Positions 12,497-27,400 of a stretch of DNA of 64,000 nt are shown here, one piece after another. The translations under genes were made by a program, and so were the position numbers. Within the stretch, counting starts at the first letter, position 1; every line of letters begins with the position of its first letter. Source of the DNA: Balanoglossus misakiensis (Eukaryota; Animalia; Hemichordata); NCBI GenBank assembly GCA_040954595.2, contig CM082587.2:9429403-9493402 (forward strand), given 5' to 3'. The notes under the pieces were generated by a model, which made no database searches, had not been told where the DNA came from, and saw only the letters and a program-made list of their open reading frames with translations.

Positions 12497-15400
12497 GTGA
12501 GTACACTGTACATAGTAGTTACGTATAAATAATAACCCTGCATGACATGGGTGTGGAAGCGCTAGGGAGGGGTCACTTGTACAGTTCTATCGTCGGACAC
12601 TTGATGTCGACGGCTGTGGTAACTAGTCAATCTGTCCCCTTGCACGCTCTTGAAACATTCTGTTGTGGAGGCTACGAGAGAGTATTTACGTTACTTAGGG
12701 ACCGTTCAGTTTTTGCAGGTTGGTGGGGGGGGGGGGGGGCAAGTCTTTGTCTACGGTTTTCAAAATCAGGCAAAAAATTCTGATGACACCCCCCAAAAAA
12801 ACAAACAAAAAACAAACAAACACACACACCAAAACATTACACAACTACAATGTACTTGTGAAGGAAAAAAGGTTGTTTCCAAGAGCATGCTCGCCATCCT
12901 GATATTATGTACACTGTATGCAATGAAGGAAAAGAGGCTCCCCACACCTCAATTATAAATTTCTTTAAGAAATTGAAGTGTATAATGTTGCAATAAAGAA
13001 ATCTAAGAATAAATGAAAGCGACAAGTAAATACAATAGTAGGCAGAATTGGTAAAACAAGAAGTGAAGGGGATGGTGTGGGAGGGGGACACATAAGAACA
13101 TTTTCTATTCATACGGAGCTCAAAGTTTCATTTTAATGAACTCAAAAGCAAATTAACTCAATGCTGGGGAGAACAAATTTCACTTTTGCCACTCAAAGCT
13201 ATCATCGGTGGGGTGGGGTGGCAAGTACTCTGCCCTGGTACACTAGACAAACAAGCCAATAAATGAAATGTGGTGAAGAATGAAGGGGATGGGTGTGGGA
13301 GGGGGTGTGCCCCTCCCACGTAAGAACATTTGTTAAATAAAGGGCTCGAAACTGCATTTTTGTGGACTCAAAAGCAAAAGTTGGGGGGGGGGGGGCAAAA
13401 GTATGTGACCATCCTAAATTTTTCGAAAAAAAAGATCACCCCTTTTTGGATTTCAAAATTTAAGTGACCCACCTAGATTTTGCCGGCCCCCAGCCATAAA
13501 ACTGAATCTACTACTGGATGCACAGGTGTCGGAAGTCTGTCGCCAAAGTTGTCACCTTCATGAAGGGGTGGACCATTTGATATGCGGGGGGGGGGGGGGG
13601 GGGGGGGGGTTCATGAAAATTTACTGAGGTAAATTGTAGTATTATATTTTTGTGTACCTGATCCACCGGTCATTATTTTTTTCACTCACTGATTTCTGGC
13701 AACTTTTTTTTTGCATTGCTCTTTTGGGTAGGACCCCCCCCCCCCCCACCCTCCAAACTAAACAACAACAAATGTCTGGTCTTTACAGTGCAAAGATGGA
13801 AATGTTTTCCGTCAGATAATCGGTTGACACGCAATATGTTTAAATGTGTATGCCCCAGGAAATGATACCAGGTTCACACCGGGTAAAACTAGAAACGTTT
13901 TAGAGACACTATTTGCTGTTAGTGTTAGTAAAGATAAATTCTTTGGGCACAGACAAATAGTTATAAAGAACAGACTAGCAATGTGGCATGACCCATTTGA
14001 TGTTATGTCTGACTCGGTAAATAAGGGCTGAGATAAGCTTCAAATGTGTCAGACTCCGCAGAGACAGGTTTGGTCTTGCGCAGGCGTCATTATTGCACAA
14101 TATTATGTGACAATTGTGACGAGATTTCCCAGAATACTTTGCGGTTGCATCAATATAGACAGCTACAGTACTTGTAAACATGGCCTCTTGCTACAGGGCT
14201 TCCAACACGGACAATGACATTCATTATGGATCTGGTTCACTTAGTGGACACGACTATACCCCATGGGCGATAACATGGCAATGAGGATGAGTTAGGGTTA
14301 GGGTTAGGAGGGTTAGGGATGGCAATGTGAGGGTGAGTTTAACCTAAACCTTAACCCTCCTAACCCTAACCCTAAAAAACCATGGTATCGCCCATGGGGT
14401 ATAGTCGTGTCCACTAAGTGAACCAGATCCTTCATTATGAATTTGATAAAGACGACAAATTTTCAGACAGCGATTGTGATTTTGAATTGTCGTTTTCGGA
14501 CGAAAACCTGACTGATTCCGACATTAAACACAGCAACAACACATCGCATTTTCATTGACATCCAATCTGACTTCACACCTTTTGACAATAGCGTTGCGAG
14601 TCTGTTCTTTCTCTTTGTCTGTGCTTTGGGTCACTTTTGTGTCTATGACGCTACCTAGCACATGGATGGGATGTTTTAATATTTTTAAAAGTATGATAAA
14701 CAGGTTTTACAAGTTTTCTGTGAGGGTGTGCAGATTCAAGTTAAATGCCCAGGCGTTGGAATTTGCCACATTGAGTACATGTTTGCAATGAAACAGCTAC
14801 AAGTGTTACTAATAATCATGATGTTTTTATTTGCATAACAGAATAAGACCACAGCTTGCCAGAGAGAAGATTGATATGTGTCGTTCGTGTACCTTTGTAA
14901 CGCCGGGTGAGCCACAAGTGACTATGGGGCAAGACAGGGCATTTACGTATGATTATTTGTTTGATATGGACAGCACTCAAGAAGCTGTTTATAATAACTG
15001 TGTATATGAACTCATTGAAGGGTAAGTATGTGTGTACATACATAGAGTTTAAGTTACGGTATTATGTATAACGGTATTATGTATTGATGTATGTGTCTTA
15101 ACCCTAACAGTGCCAAGTTGGTTGAAAACAGTGTCATTTTCATACCCCCCCCCCCCTAGAATACTGGGTATACTTGACCATTGAGACAATGAATAATTGA
15201 ATTGATATCAAACCATGTAATGCCAAATATTTGGACAGCTGAGTACATACTAAACACCTCTGTAAAGTGTTGGGTAATTTGATTTGCCAAGATGGTCATA
15301 ACTGGTGGATACAGTTATAAACGACCCTCTCAAAATACACATATGGTTTTGTACCTCAGATCTGTCATATGTACACCAAAATCACATGGGCCAGGTAACT

Positions 15401-18400
15401 ACATTTCAAATAGTGTCAACTACACCTGTGGTCCTTTTGTGAGCATTTTTAGGTATATCTCCGTGATACACTGTCACTTTTGAAACAGGTCTTTGTTAGC
15501 TAGCAAATTACTACTATTTGAGATAACTTGGCTAGATATGTGAACTTGCTATTAATACTGCTGCTAATTAAAACTGGTTGAATACCACTTTGGATGAAGT
15601 GTCTTTAGTCCTAATTTTTAAATCCAATGACTTGGTGATGATTGTACAGAATAACCACTTTTGTTAAATTGTTTAATTTTAAATAAACTAAACTTTTAAC
15701 AATAATAATAATAATAGGTCATGCAGAGAAATACGAACTGTATCGGTCTGAACATCTACTGAAGTCAATGGCCCAAGAAAAAAAAAACTTCTAGATTAGA
15801 CTTATTGCTTCGCTAAAATAACCTGTTTCCCATACATAATATTGGTAAACGAATGCACTCGGTCACACTAGCAAAATTTGACATCAAAAACGTGAACAAT
15901 CTTATCAGCTACTGCAGAGGGGGGACAAATAAGCAGGAAGAAAACTACGCTCCCCTTTTCTTGTTAGGCTTTCTATTATTACACGTCATAGGTTTGTATG
16001 AAAATGTATTCATACAACAAGCCAAAGGGCAAGTAAATCCATAGCAAACCAAAGCTCTTCGGAAATATGATAAGACAATTTTCTAACCAGAGATTTTGTA
16101 CCGTTGCGTCTGACAAGCAAATGACATAGTTGGTGGAGGCTTACATGTACCCTCTTCAGAACCAGGCAGTCTCCTTATACATAACACACATGTGACGAAT
16201 TTAATTTTACTAAAACTAAAGTATATCGTTATCCACTAGTATGTGTTAACTACAGTGCCTAAAATTTTCAATCTTATTCTGTGCGAGCTTTTTGGCATAC
16301 CCCTCTACAGGTAATATTAATAATAATTAATAATTTTTTTAATTGTAGATGTCTGGAAGGTTACAATGCAACAGTATTTGCTTATGGTCAGACAGGTTCC
16401 GGTAAAACGTATACAATGGGTACAGGCTTTGATGTTACTATATCTGAAGACGAAAAAGGCATTATACCCAGAGCTATTACTCATCTATTTAATGGAATCG
16501 AAAAAAGGAGACAGACTGCGTTAGAATCTGATGTGACTCCACCAGACTTCAAAGTACATGCTCAGTTTATGGAGGTAAGCAATTTATGATGTACAGAATT
16601 TGTATTATGGGCAGCTGCTGCCTGCCCAACTCATAGACAAAAACAAAACAATTATTGAAATCATTACATCAACTGGAAGTGACTTCCATTAATATGCTAA
16701 TAAGGTCCTTGCTGCCGGAGTGAAATTTGAGTGCTCCGTGGAAAATCAGCTAAAATATGTAAACAGACCAGTGTTTTTACAAAAGGAGTTTTGGGACCAG
16801 AAATAATCTGAGTTCAAGCTGGTATAGGTCGTTTTATGGAATTATACTCTTTTCTTTTGCCATTCAAATGAAGTGAACCAAGTCAGTTTTGCTAGACTTC
16901 CAATTTAGTTACCTTGCCATTAACAGTGACTTATTTCCACTCTTCACAGTTGTATCAGGAAGAAATAATAGATTTACTGGATGCAAACAGAGATCCTGAT
17001 ATAAGGGTAAGGAGATCAAGTTATTGTGTTACACTTGTTTTTTTAACACACCTCATCCACAGTCTGTGTTCTCATTCGTCAATCAATAGTCACGTGGTAT
17101 GCCTTCTTTTTCTGAGTCATAGGCACGATCGTTGTTTAACAACACACAGTTTTCAAGCGACTGTGGGTTGTACAGACAATTTTGGGTCAAAAATCAGATT
17201 GCCATGACACTTGATAGGTGTGATCCAAGTAATTTTTTTTTACATTTCCATATTTATAATTTATATATGGTTCGGTCGTATCTGCTTGCCAACGTCCCCT
17301 GTGATTTTGATTCCAGTGTACACCTATTTCTGCATAATCCCCTGATGGGACCAAAGTGTCCTTGATCATGCTATGTTTCTTTCTAATTTGTACATTTTTA
17401 GCATATCTGATTCACAAATTGCCTGTTTGATTGATTTGTATGAGTCCAACTGTAACAGTATGTATCATGTATGTCACTGGAGCACATAGTCCTTGACACA
17501 TTTTTTCTGTTATTTATAGCATAAGAAATCTCATATCAAAATTCATGAAGATGCACATGGTGGTATTTACACTGTTGGGATAGCAACAAAACTTGTTAGT
17601 TCGATTCATGAGGTAAGATCCTTATATTGTAGTCATTTTCACATATTTTCTTATCATTTGTTCAAGCCAATTTTGGATTTCTTTCAACAGAAAACATCCT
17701 GATTTATACTGTGACCATTCTGTGGTATATTGTAATGTGTGTCTATAACATGTGTCTCTGTGGTTCATATGAGTTCATAAGTATGTATCCCACTGCTGCT
17801 AGCAAAAGTCTTTCGAAAATGGCAGGAGAGCTAAATATCACTATTCTGAAACCATCCAGGTCAATACTAAGAATTTCACGAGTTTAATTTAAATTCCAAA
17901 TGATGTTAAATTTCTTGATTTCAGACAATCCAGTGTCTGCAGTCAGGGGCATTATCACGTACAACTGCAAGCACGAACATGAATGCACAAAGTTCTCGGT
18001 CACATGCTGTATTTACATTACATATCAAACAACAAAGACTTGTGACAAATGTAAGTAGAATTATTTCTATGAATACAAATTACCTGTCAATGTCCTTAGT
18101 GTATGTGTACTTTTGTTGCAAAAACTTCAATTTATATTTTTTCTCTGGTCATATGCATGTGTTTATTATGTCAATCAATAACAACAAACAGACAAACATA
18201 CACATTAAAAACACAACGGGACAGCTCCCTGTGATCACAACACCACATTTAAATTGTACAAAAACAAGCCAACATACATTAGCCCACAAATGTAGACAGT
18301 CACTCTTCACCGCAGACTTTGTCATTGACAATGACTTGTTGTTTTGAACTCTGGTGCAAAGGACCTGGAATGATCAAAGCTGACTTTGTTGAAATTATGA

Positions 18401-21400
18401 CAATTTTTGCATATTAGTTTATTTTTAGGGCATCACACGTTTGCTGTTTTAGGTCTGCAGAAAAGTTTGTCTCAAGAGAAGTGTGCCATTTCTTCTGAAG
18501 CAGTTACAGGGAAAACTAATTGAGTGCCTGGTTTGCTTTCAATGGGTTTATAACTTCATTTCCCCCATACAAGCATTGTCTGCTTGTTGGCTCGACCACA
18601 GTCTCCCTATATATATATAGCGTTCTGGAAGTGGGTGGATTGTCACAATCTGGCACATCCAATCACAGCACGCTACATAAATATAGAAATCTAAGATGGC
18701 CCCTGCCAGATACCATATGTGTAACTGCGATATTGGCCCAAAAGATCGACAAACAATCTTTACACCTAAATTTCATGTCAAGGTTTCTTTCTGGGCAGCT
18801 TGAAATTTAGTGGGAGACTCAAGTCGATCTTAGCGAGCCGTTGCCTTCTTGAAGTTGTATATTAGTGGGTGGAAGATGACAAGATTACCTGTGCCGGATC
18901 GTTTTACTGTGCACAATTTACATACACATGTACACAAATGCTTATTGATGTTGTCAGTCAGTGGGACAGATTTTACACTTAAATTCATCAATGAAGCTGG
19001 TATAAATGTGTCGAAAGGTCAACCACTGTAAGGGCATTTGTTGAATGGAAAACCATGCATGGAAATTTGTAGGTACATGAGGTCGCTGATGTACAAATTG
19101 CAACTAATTATTGGATATGACTCCTGAGATGGGCTATTTATGGAGACCCTTTTACCAAGAACTGAAATTGTCTGGCCTCCCTAACTATAGCTTGAACAAC
19201 CTACAAAAAACAAGACTTATGGCGGCCGTGCCTTCTCCTATGCAGCCCCTAAACTGTGGAACGCACTACCTCTTGACATCAGGGAATCAACAAACCTGGA
19301 GACTTTCAAAAGAAAACTGAAAACTCATATGTTCGAAAGAGCATACAGTGTGGTTTAACCATGAGCGTCATTGGGCAAAATTTCTTTTTGGATTTTGGCG
19401 CTATATAAACTTTGTTGATTGATTGATTGATTGAATTGATACAAGCAAGCTTTATTTTGCATATATAGTAACTGAGATTTTGTGTGTTTCATTACAGAGT
19501 GCAGAAAATGAAGATATTGAAATGCAAACTAATGGAGAGGGTATGCCTGATTTTGAAACCTTAACTGCCAAATTTCACTTTGTTGACTTAGCTGGTTCGG
19601 AAAGATTGAAAAGAACAGGTGCAACTGGTGACAGAGCAAAAGAAGGAATTTCTATCAACTGTGGTCTTGTAAGTTTCCATTTGATCATATACTGTAAAAC
19701 ACTTTATTTTCGTGAGTTGAAATTTTCGCGATATCGAGAGAGGCCACTGTTTCGTGAGTAATTTATCGCATTCTCTTATTTCATTCACTGCATCGGTATC
19801 TTCAAAAAAAATTTACGCGACTTTTTATTTTCACGCTATTTTGGCTCGTGTATTTCGCGAAAATTTATTGCTCGCGAAAATAAAGTGTTTTACAGTATTT
19901 TCTAAAAATTAACAGAGCATGGACAACAAGACTTTCTCTTTTAAATAGCTATCTGTCAATCCATGAAAGGATAGTGTCTGTCTACGTTTGATTTGTGAAT
20001 CTCCATGTCATGATAACACTTGTGACGTGATTACCTGAAAATAGAATAGGAATTGAGTCCTTTGGATCACTTCAAATGGCCACCCTGGGATTTTTGCCAA
20101 TTCTGACAATGATGTGATTATTTTGAGGGATGGACATTTGAAGAACTCCAGCTATGGGGACTTTCCAACTGAACCATATCAGAGTGATGATGAAAGTGAC
20201 CTGACAGAGCATGAAGCAAAAACATTAAAAGAAACCCAACTGGAATACAAGGAATGCAAGGATCCCTTGTTAGATTAAAAAAAACACTTTTGTTTAGGAA
20301 TGCCAAATATGAGATGATTATGCCAGTTCAGAGTTTGCGGTTACGCAAAAAAAGTTCACATTATACGCATAAGAGGTTTTTCACATGCATTTTCTGATGG
20401 CTATGCATTTGACTGTATGCAAATATTGGTGTCAGTTATGAGCCATTTTTTGTCAGCAAAATGCCTTTCATCCGTTGTCTACCCAACAAAAATTGCAACA
20501 AAAATTTAGCTTTGTTATCAAACCAGTGGTCTAGTCAATGATCACATCAATCCCTACAGACGTATGCAAAAAATTACCCTTGGTGAACTTTCTCTTTAAG
20601 AAACAAGCAAGTCAAAGAGGAGAGGTGACACAGCCATTTTTCATGCTCCTATTTTCTCTGACTGAAGGAACAAAAAGATATCATGTAATTGATATATTTT
20701 TAATTAATTGATATATAGTTATGTAATTGATATATAGTTACAGTAATGATATTTTTGTTTTCAGTTGGCTCTAGGTAATGTAATAAGTGCTTTGGGTGAT
20801 AAAACCAAGAAGGCAAGTCATGTACCATATCGAGATTCCAAACTAACAAGGTTACTACAGGATTCATTAGGTGGCAACAGGTGAGCAAAGGGTTATAATT
20901 TGTACATTTTTTTTGTTAATATTACAAGACAGTATAGCTATAATTGGTGAAAACTGAAACTCCAGTTTTTAAAAACTTTGCTTGAGTTGGCCTTTATTTT
21001 ACTTTAAAGCCACTTTTCTGATTACGTTGAACTAGTTTATAATATAGAGTATCACCATGGAGCTGTATTGGCCCCTAGGCCAATTGTTTTGGTAAATTGG
21101 CCATGGTAATATTCATCAGTATAATATTCTTTGCAAATTTTTCTTCCAGTTGTACATTAATGATTGCCTGTGTGAGTCCTACTGACAGAGATTTTATGGA
21201 GACCCTAAACACACTGAAGTATGCAAATAGAGCACGTAACATCAAAAACAAAGTTTCCATTAATCAAGACAAAAGCAGTAGACAAATATCAGCGCTCCGT
21301 GCTAAAGTACAAGAGCTGGAAATTGAACTTAATGAATATAGACAGGTAAGAACGAAACTACATTGATTAATTGTTACGTTATGAATATATACACTTTGAC

Positions 21401-24400
21401 ATTGAAAAAAATAATTATGTTTATGAATGCGAACACTGTTGTAAATAGCCGCTTCAAAATGTCAGTCATTGTGTCCCTCTGCTCACAATTTCATGGGCCA
21501 TTATGGTATTGAAATTGTAATGACAAAAGTAAAAAAAAAAAAAATTAAATTGTGCATGATTTAATAAATAAAGTAAGAGAAACAGCTACCACATGAGCTG
21601 AAAATTTAGGCCAGGTTTTTCCATGTTTTTGTTTGAAATTGCATCTTCAGTATATATTTAAGCAATAAAACACCCCCAGCCATGGTATACCACGAGATTT
21701 TGACCAGTTCACGACATATACGCACGAGCGATAGCGAGTGCGTATATGGAGTTGAACTGGTCAAAATCTCGTGGTATACCATGGCTGGGGGTGTTTTATT
21801 GCTATTATATTATGCCAGTATATTGAAACTTTGCATAAAACATTTTTAAAAGGCATTTTCTTTGACTATGATATATGACTGTGGTATATGGCTAATATAT
21901 CACGGTCACGTGTCGTGTCTCGACCAATCAAATAGCGTGATTTACACCATCAATATACTGGTATAATATAATAAATTTTATAATATACCTCATGCTAATA
22001 CTGTGCCGTGATTCGCCAGAATCCGTCACGTGATAGGAAAATAGAATCGACTATGAACCGCTAGGGAAATAGCAGAAAAAATATAAACCAGTCACGTGAC
22101 CAGCGTGAGTGCGCAGACTCGGTCACGTCAATCAGCGTCACTTCGTCTGACACAATGGCCACCGCGGAAGATGTCGTCTGCCAACCTCAAGAGAAAATTG
22201 CAAGATTTTCCCAGCTGTTAGCATGAGGTTTATTATAAAACACCTATAGCCTGGCCTATATTTGGGCCATAGCAGCCGTTTTTACCCCCTCGTGACTGTG
22301 AGTTACCAGAATCATATGCTATTTCCCTCGGCCTGCGGCCTCAGGAAATAGCATATGATTCTGGTAACTCACAGCCCCTCGGGTGTAATAAACGGCTGCT
22401 ATGGCCCTCATGGCCAGGCAATAGGTGTTCAATATGAACATTTACAGTGAATTGGACAGTTTGCATGCCAATATTGCCTTTGGTACTAAGAACAAAACTA
22501 CTGAAAGTAAAACCAAACGTTATAGCTAATGTGAATTTATAAATAGTAATATATCTCAATATTTCTCACTGACTATAGGGGAAGAGACTCATCAATGAAG
22601 AAGGTGTTGAAGAAATTAATGATTTATTTCATGAGAACACCATGCTACAGACAGAGAATAATAATCTGCGTTCTCGTGTTAAAGCGCTTCAAGAAACGAT
22701 AGATGGTCAGACTGCTCGACTTTCAGTGGTACTAGCAGAGCAAGTCAGGCAAACTCTCTCTGCTGCAGGTAAGCTTCTAAAACAAGATCATAGCTGGTTT
22801 TTTTAAATGTGATGGTTTGAAATCAAAAGCAACTTATGTGAAAAAGCTTACTCAAGTGTTGACCTCAGTCAATGTTTCTATGCAATTTAGATTTAAAAAG
22901 AAACATAACTTTCCAGTTAAATATGTGCGCTGCCAGGAAATGTCATAATTATCCCAAAAAATCATCCATAATTAAAATGACAAAATGACAATTCAGTCTG
23001 CACGATAACCCCTCGATTAGGGCGTGTCTGGTACCAGTGATTTGATTGGCTGTTATCGAGTTATTGGCATGTTCGTCATCGTCAGACAAACCATTTTTTA
23101 CATGGGTAGGCACAAATTTTCACGCATCAAGATCAATTATTTTTTTTACATTGCGTGAACAGTTTCTATCATAAATAGATATTTTTGTGAAATTTATACG
23201 CAAACTAAATATTTTCGCAATGATTTGCGAATGCTGACAACCTCTGTACGCATACCAACCCATGCGCTTAATTCTGCCTACCCTACACACAAATGGTTTA
23301 CACTTCCGCCATTTTCATGTCAACACAAGTACGCGGCACGAAGTGTGACAATTTCAAGGACTCTTGTCCTCGCACTGACCCACTTTCTGTTATACTTGGA
23401 ACATCTGAAACTTTTTCTGATTTTTTTCTTCTATTTGGCGTGTTCTTGCCATGAAATGAAAGAAATGACTGTGAACCAGATTTGAATAGGTTCCTCAAAT
23501 AACCACTCAATGCATGCATACATACTGACTTTTTAAAACATGTAATTTTTATCCTAAATGGTTTACATGGAACACCATAGATATGACACCAAGCGAATCA
23601 TCTATCGAAACTAATTAACTCTCCAATGAAGAAAAACGAATGGAGAGAAAAAAAACGCTAGCCTAGACAAAAACGCCTACTTTGTAACCGCGCGCACTTG
23701 TCGATCGATCGTATACAACAGCGGCTGTGGACCCGGTTCTGGAGGCTCAGGTGAAAAACATGGCCCAAACAAGCAGAGTTATGACTGATCTGTGATTAAA
23801 AACATGCATTGCCATACGTTATCCTCTAAATTCCACCCGAACTAAAGTGTAATTAGCTAAGAACACGGAGGAGATACTTCCGTATTAGTCTGCCTCACAT
23901 GAATGAGCAAATGATCTACCGTAGACAGACGCTCATTATGCATGACCTGCCACTTTCCACCAATAGACGCAGCTCTATGGTATCACATGACATTATTATT
24001 GAGTTGATCTGCACACGTGAAAATTTCCCGCCATGTCACCAGACTTGACTTTTACGCCCATTTTTACCATATTGGGGCATATCTGCCAACGCAAAACTTT
24101 ATGGGGAGTGACAAATGACATGCTGCATTCAAGAAAATAAAACTGGATTGGACAATGCGGCGCTAAATGCTCACATGACTGAAATCCGGCGTGTGTCAAT
24201 CAATGGTTTTTTATGGATGTCTTCAAACTCACGCGTTCCAAAACAAAATCTGGGTAGGCGGTAAACCGAGAGTGTTGCATTTTGAAGCTGAAAGATCCCT
24301 GGAGTAAACCATGTGTCGATGTAGGGGTTTGCACTCTCCTAATGGCTCAAACGTTCGAACAAAATGTACTCGAAAATAATAGCATTTTCTATATTTTTCC

Positions 24401-27400
24401 TCATATTTATATTATCCTACGGGCACATCTTAGCATTTGACAGCACATTTGACTATTTTGGAATGAAAGGTAATATCAGAAGGGCATATTTTTCATACAA
24501 GATTGCCGATATGATTTTTAGACCAAAAAGTACAACATATCAAAGAGAGGCCTGTAAATCCCCCGGAAAATGCACTCTCTATTTGGTCACGCGCTGAGGA
24601 ATCCTACGGAACCGGCAGCATCATAGGACCCGCTTACCGGGACAGTCCATGACTTCCCGAACACGATAGTAGCAGCCTTTTTTGCACAGAGGTGACGCCA
24701 AGACCAAGATTTTGCCCTAAAATTGACAAAATATTCGGATTTTGCCCAATATCGACTAACGTAAATTGGCTACATTTCTGCCGACAGCAAGCGCGCTCAG
24801 TGAACCCAGTTGACCTGATTTTCGTTTATTTATATACTGAGGTACGTTTAATCCACATAAATCGGCAATCCCGTCTTTAGACCAAAAAGTACAAATGTTG
24901 AAAGTCGAGAATGCTTCAAATTAAGGAATTTTAGCAACCTTAATTCAGAGTAAAAAAATATGTTTTGAAAAATGTATATTTAACAACAAATTACTGTACA
25001 ACGTTCGTCAGACATGCAGTCGACACCTCCCATCCTCATAATAGTAAAGTCATTCTCTAGTTTACGAGAAAACCGCAACTTAAATTCGCCAATATCGCTG
25101 GCTTTTGTTTACTTTCAATTACGCGCATGGATAACGCCTCTGTTGCGGATATTACCCGGCATTCATAGGTACCGGAAGTTGGGGCTATCGTGCAGACTGA
25201 TTTGTGCCAGGTCTATAACTCTTGTTTTCGCTGGCTTTCTTTCCTTTTTTCTTTCTTTCTCGGAATATGGACCACCCACACAATGTTAGTAAATCTCTTT
25301 TCAAACTTGCAACCATTCCCCTTGAAGGTAACAACTGCATTTTTGCCAAAGACTTGGTCGAGGTCCTGTCTTTAGTTCATGACACTCCCAAACCCTCAGG
25401 TACATTTGGCCATACTCTGCCATACATGGGCAGGATCTATCTGCAGTGTCGATCTGCAGTGCTGATTGCCACTGCAACAAAATCAGGTACTTTCAGCCAC
25501 CAGAAACATCAGTTGATCAAAGAAAAGCATACCCAAATGGTTAGGACAGAAATTAATTGCGATTGATTGAAAACAGCCAAATAAAACCTCAAATCGTCTA
25601 GTAACATCTGACATCAGTGAACCCCAATGACCTGCACTAATACCCATACTGTACAGCCAGTAAGATCTATTTTGACGTAGTTTGGAGGTCATTTTTTTAT
25701 CTGATGAGCACTAATAATATTGCTATAACCATGTTTCAGCTAAAATTTCATTGATGGGAACGTGTTTACGCAATCTGATTAAAATCAGATGTAGGGAACG
25801 GCGACTTGGTTTTTTTTATGCTGTCGCCTCACATTACATCTGACCAACTCTCAATGGAAATCCCGCTGAACTCTACAAGATTTACTGGGAATATAATCCA
25901 ATCAGAAGGCGCCTTATAGCAAATGATAGGCAACCCACAATCACATGACCTGGCCCCTTGCGGTTGTTACCATGGAGCTACCACAGACATATATCCCGGG
26001 CGCGAGAGTTGAATCAGCGTGGGGAGAATGGTTTTGAGCCAGTTCAGCGTGACGACTGAACCTCTATATTCCACTGGTCAACGAAATGTATAAGACGTGG
26101 CAACAAGTCGCAGTAAAGTTGTTAGAGAATCGTTTACATTTATGTAAAGGCCGTCCCAGGGAGAGATTCTGTCGCCATGATCGTTTGTATACACCAGAGT
26201 GTACCGACCGACTGCATAGTGCACTGACTTGACTAGCTCTGCGTGCAGCAGGTCTGTGTGTTCCCGGTGTTACACGGACGTTAGAAGAAGTTAATCGCAT
26301 CATATTTGGGGTCGGTTGAAGTAGACAGGGAAAGGATTTTGCTTCGATAAAATCGAATTTCGACAGAAAAAGCTGCGGTCGGGCGTCCGGGTCCGGACCG
26401 CAGACGCACCAGTTTTGTCTATGGGGCCTTATGCAGGGCTGTGGTGCGTCGGGAACACACAGACCTGAACGCGGAGCTATGACTTGACATTCCTTAGCCG
26501 AAGTTAGCGTTCTTTTTAAAAATCTGTCACATAAATTGTTTTGGGATACATGGCAGTGAAATTTTGGGTTATGTTTTATAAACTTTTACATGAAGTACGT
26601 CATTTTCCCGACTGGCAGCATGACTACGAGGGCGAACATGACGACTTGTTAGGAGAGTTTATAAATGATCAACGACAGTTCATCATTTGTATATGGCTAC
26701 AGCTCGACGTTTCACTGCTCTGCGAAAACCACTCGCATACGATGACGCCAAACAAAGAAAGATATCATGGGATTACATGTAATTGTTCACAAGAGAAAGC
26801 CAATCTTTCGTATTCTGTGCGATACTCGAAGTCAACAACAACATTTCTCCCATCTCCCAGTGCAATTCTTTAGTCGGCATAACACGCAATCTGATTGGCC
26901 GGGTCGGAACGCGAGAGTTCAGCGGGATCTCCATTGAGAGTTGGTCAGATGTAGTGTGAGGCGACAGCATAAAAAAACCACGTCGCCGTTCCCTACATCT
27001 GATTTTAATCAGATTGATATCTACCCCAACCAGAGTGACCAGTTCATCTGAAACTTTAACTGACCACATCCTATCCATGCCGACACTATAGTCACAGATA
27101 TTTCAGACCATTTTCCCGTTTATGCTCTTATAGAAAATACTCCTCAAAAATTACCATCTACATCTGATTTTAATCAGATTGGTGTTTACGCTGCAGTCGG
27201 TGCCAGTCCTGGTCCGAGACCGCAGACAGCTTGACACTTTTTTGCCCATGCATGTGTATGGCAGAGTAGGCACGGACACTCTCAGTATACTCGTGAGGGT
27301 ATGACCTTCTAATGATTACGGTCTTCATGATCGATCTGGCATCGTTCAAGTCTGGTTGGTCAGTAATGTTTTAACTCTGGTACAAAAATTAAAGGCGATT

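Noticed and set aside
13563-13752. Long poly-G/poly-C tracts (also near 1673, 12724, 35884, 57501) as a dedicated G4 system
   Set aside because: They look like decayed MITE ends or homopolymer slippage, lengths are unreliable in assemblies, and they share no context.
16950-16970. LYQEE instead of LYNEE in the kinesin motor
   Set aside because: YQEE also occurs in functional kinesins (recalled for KIF3B), and all catalytic motifs are intact.
20105-20200. Possible C/D-box snoRNA (ATGATG...CTGA) in intron 7
   Set aside because: No terminal stem or recognisable rRNA guide; such motifs are frequent by chance.
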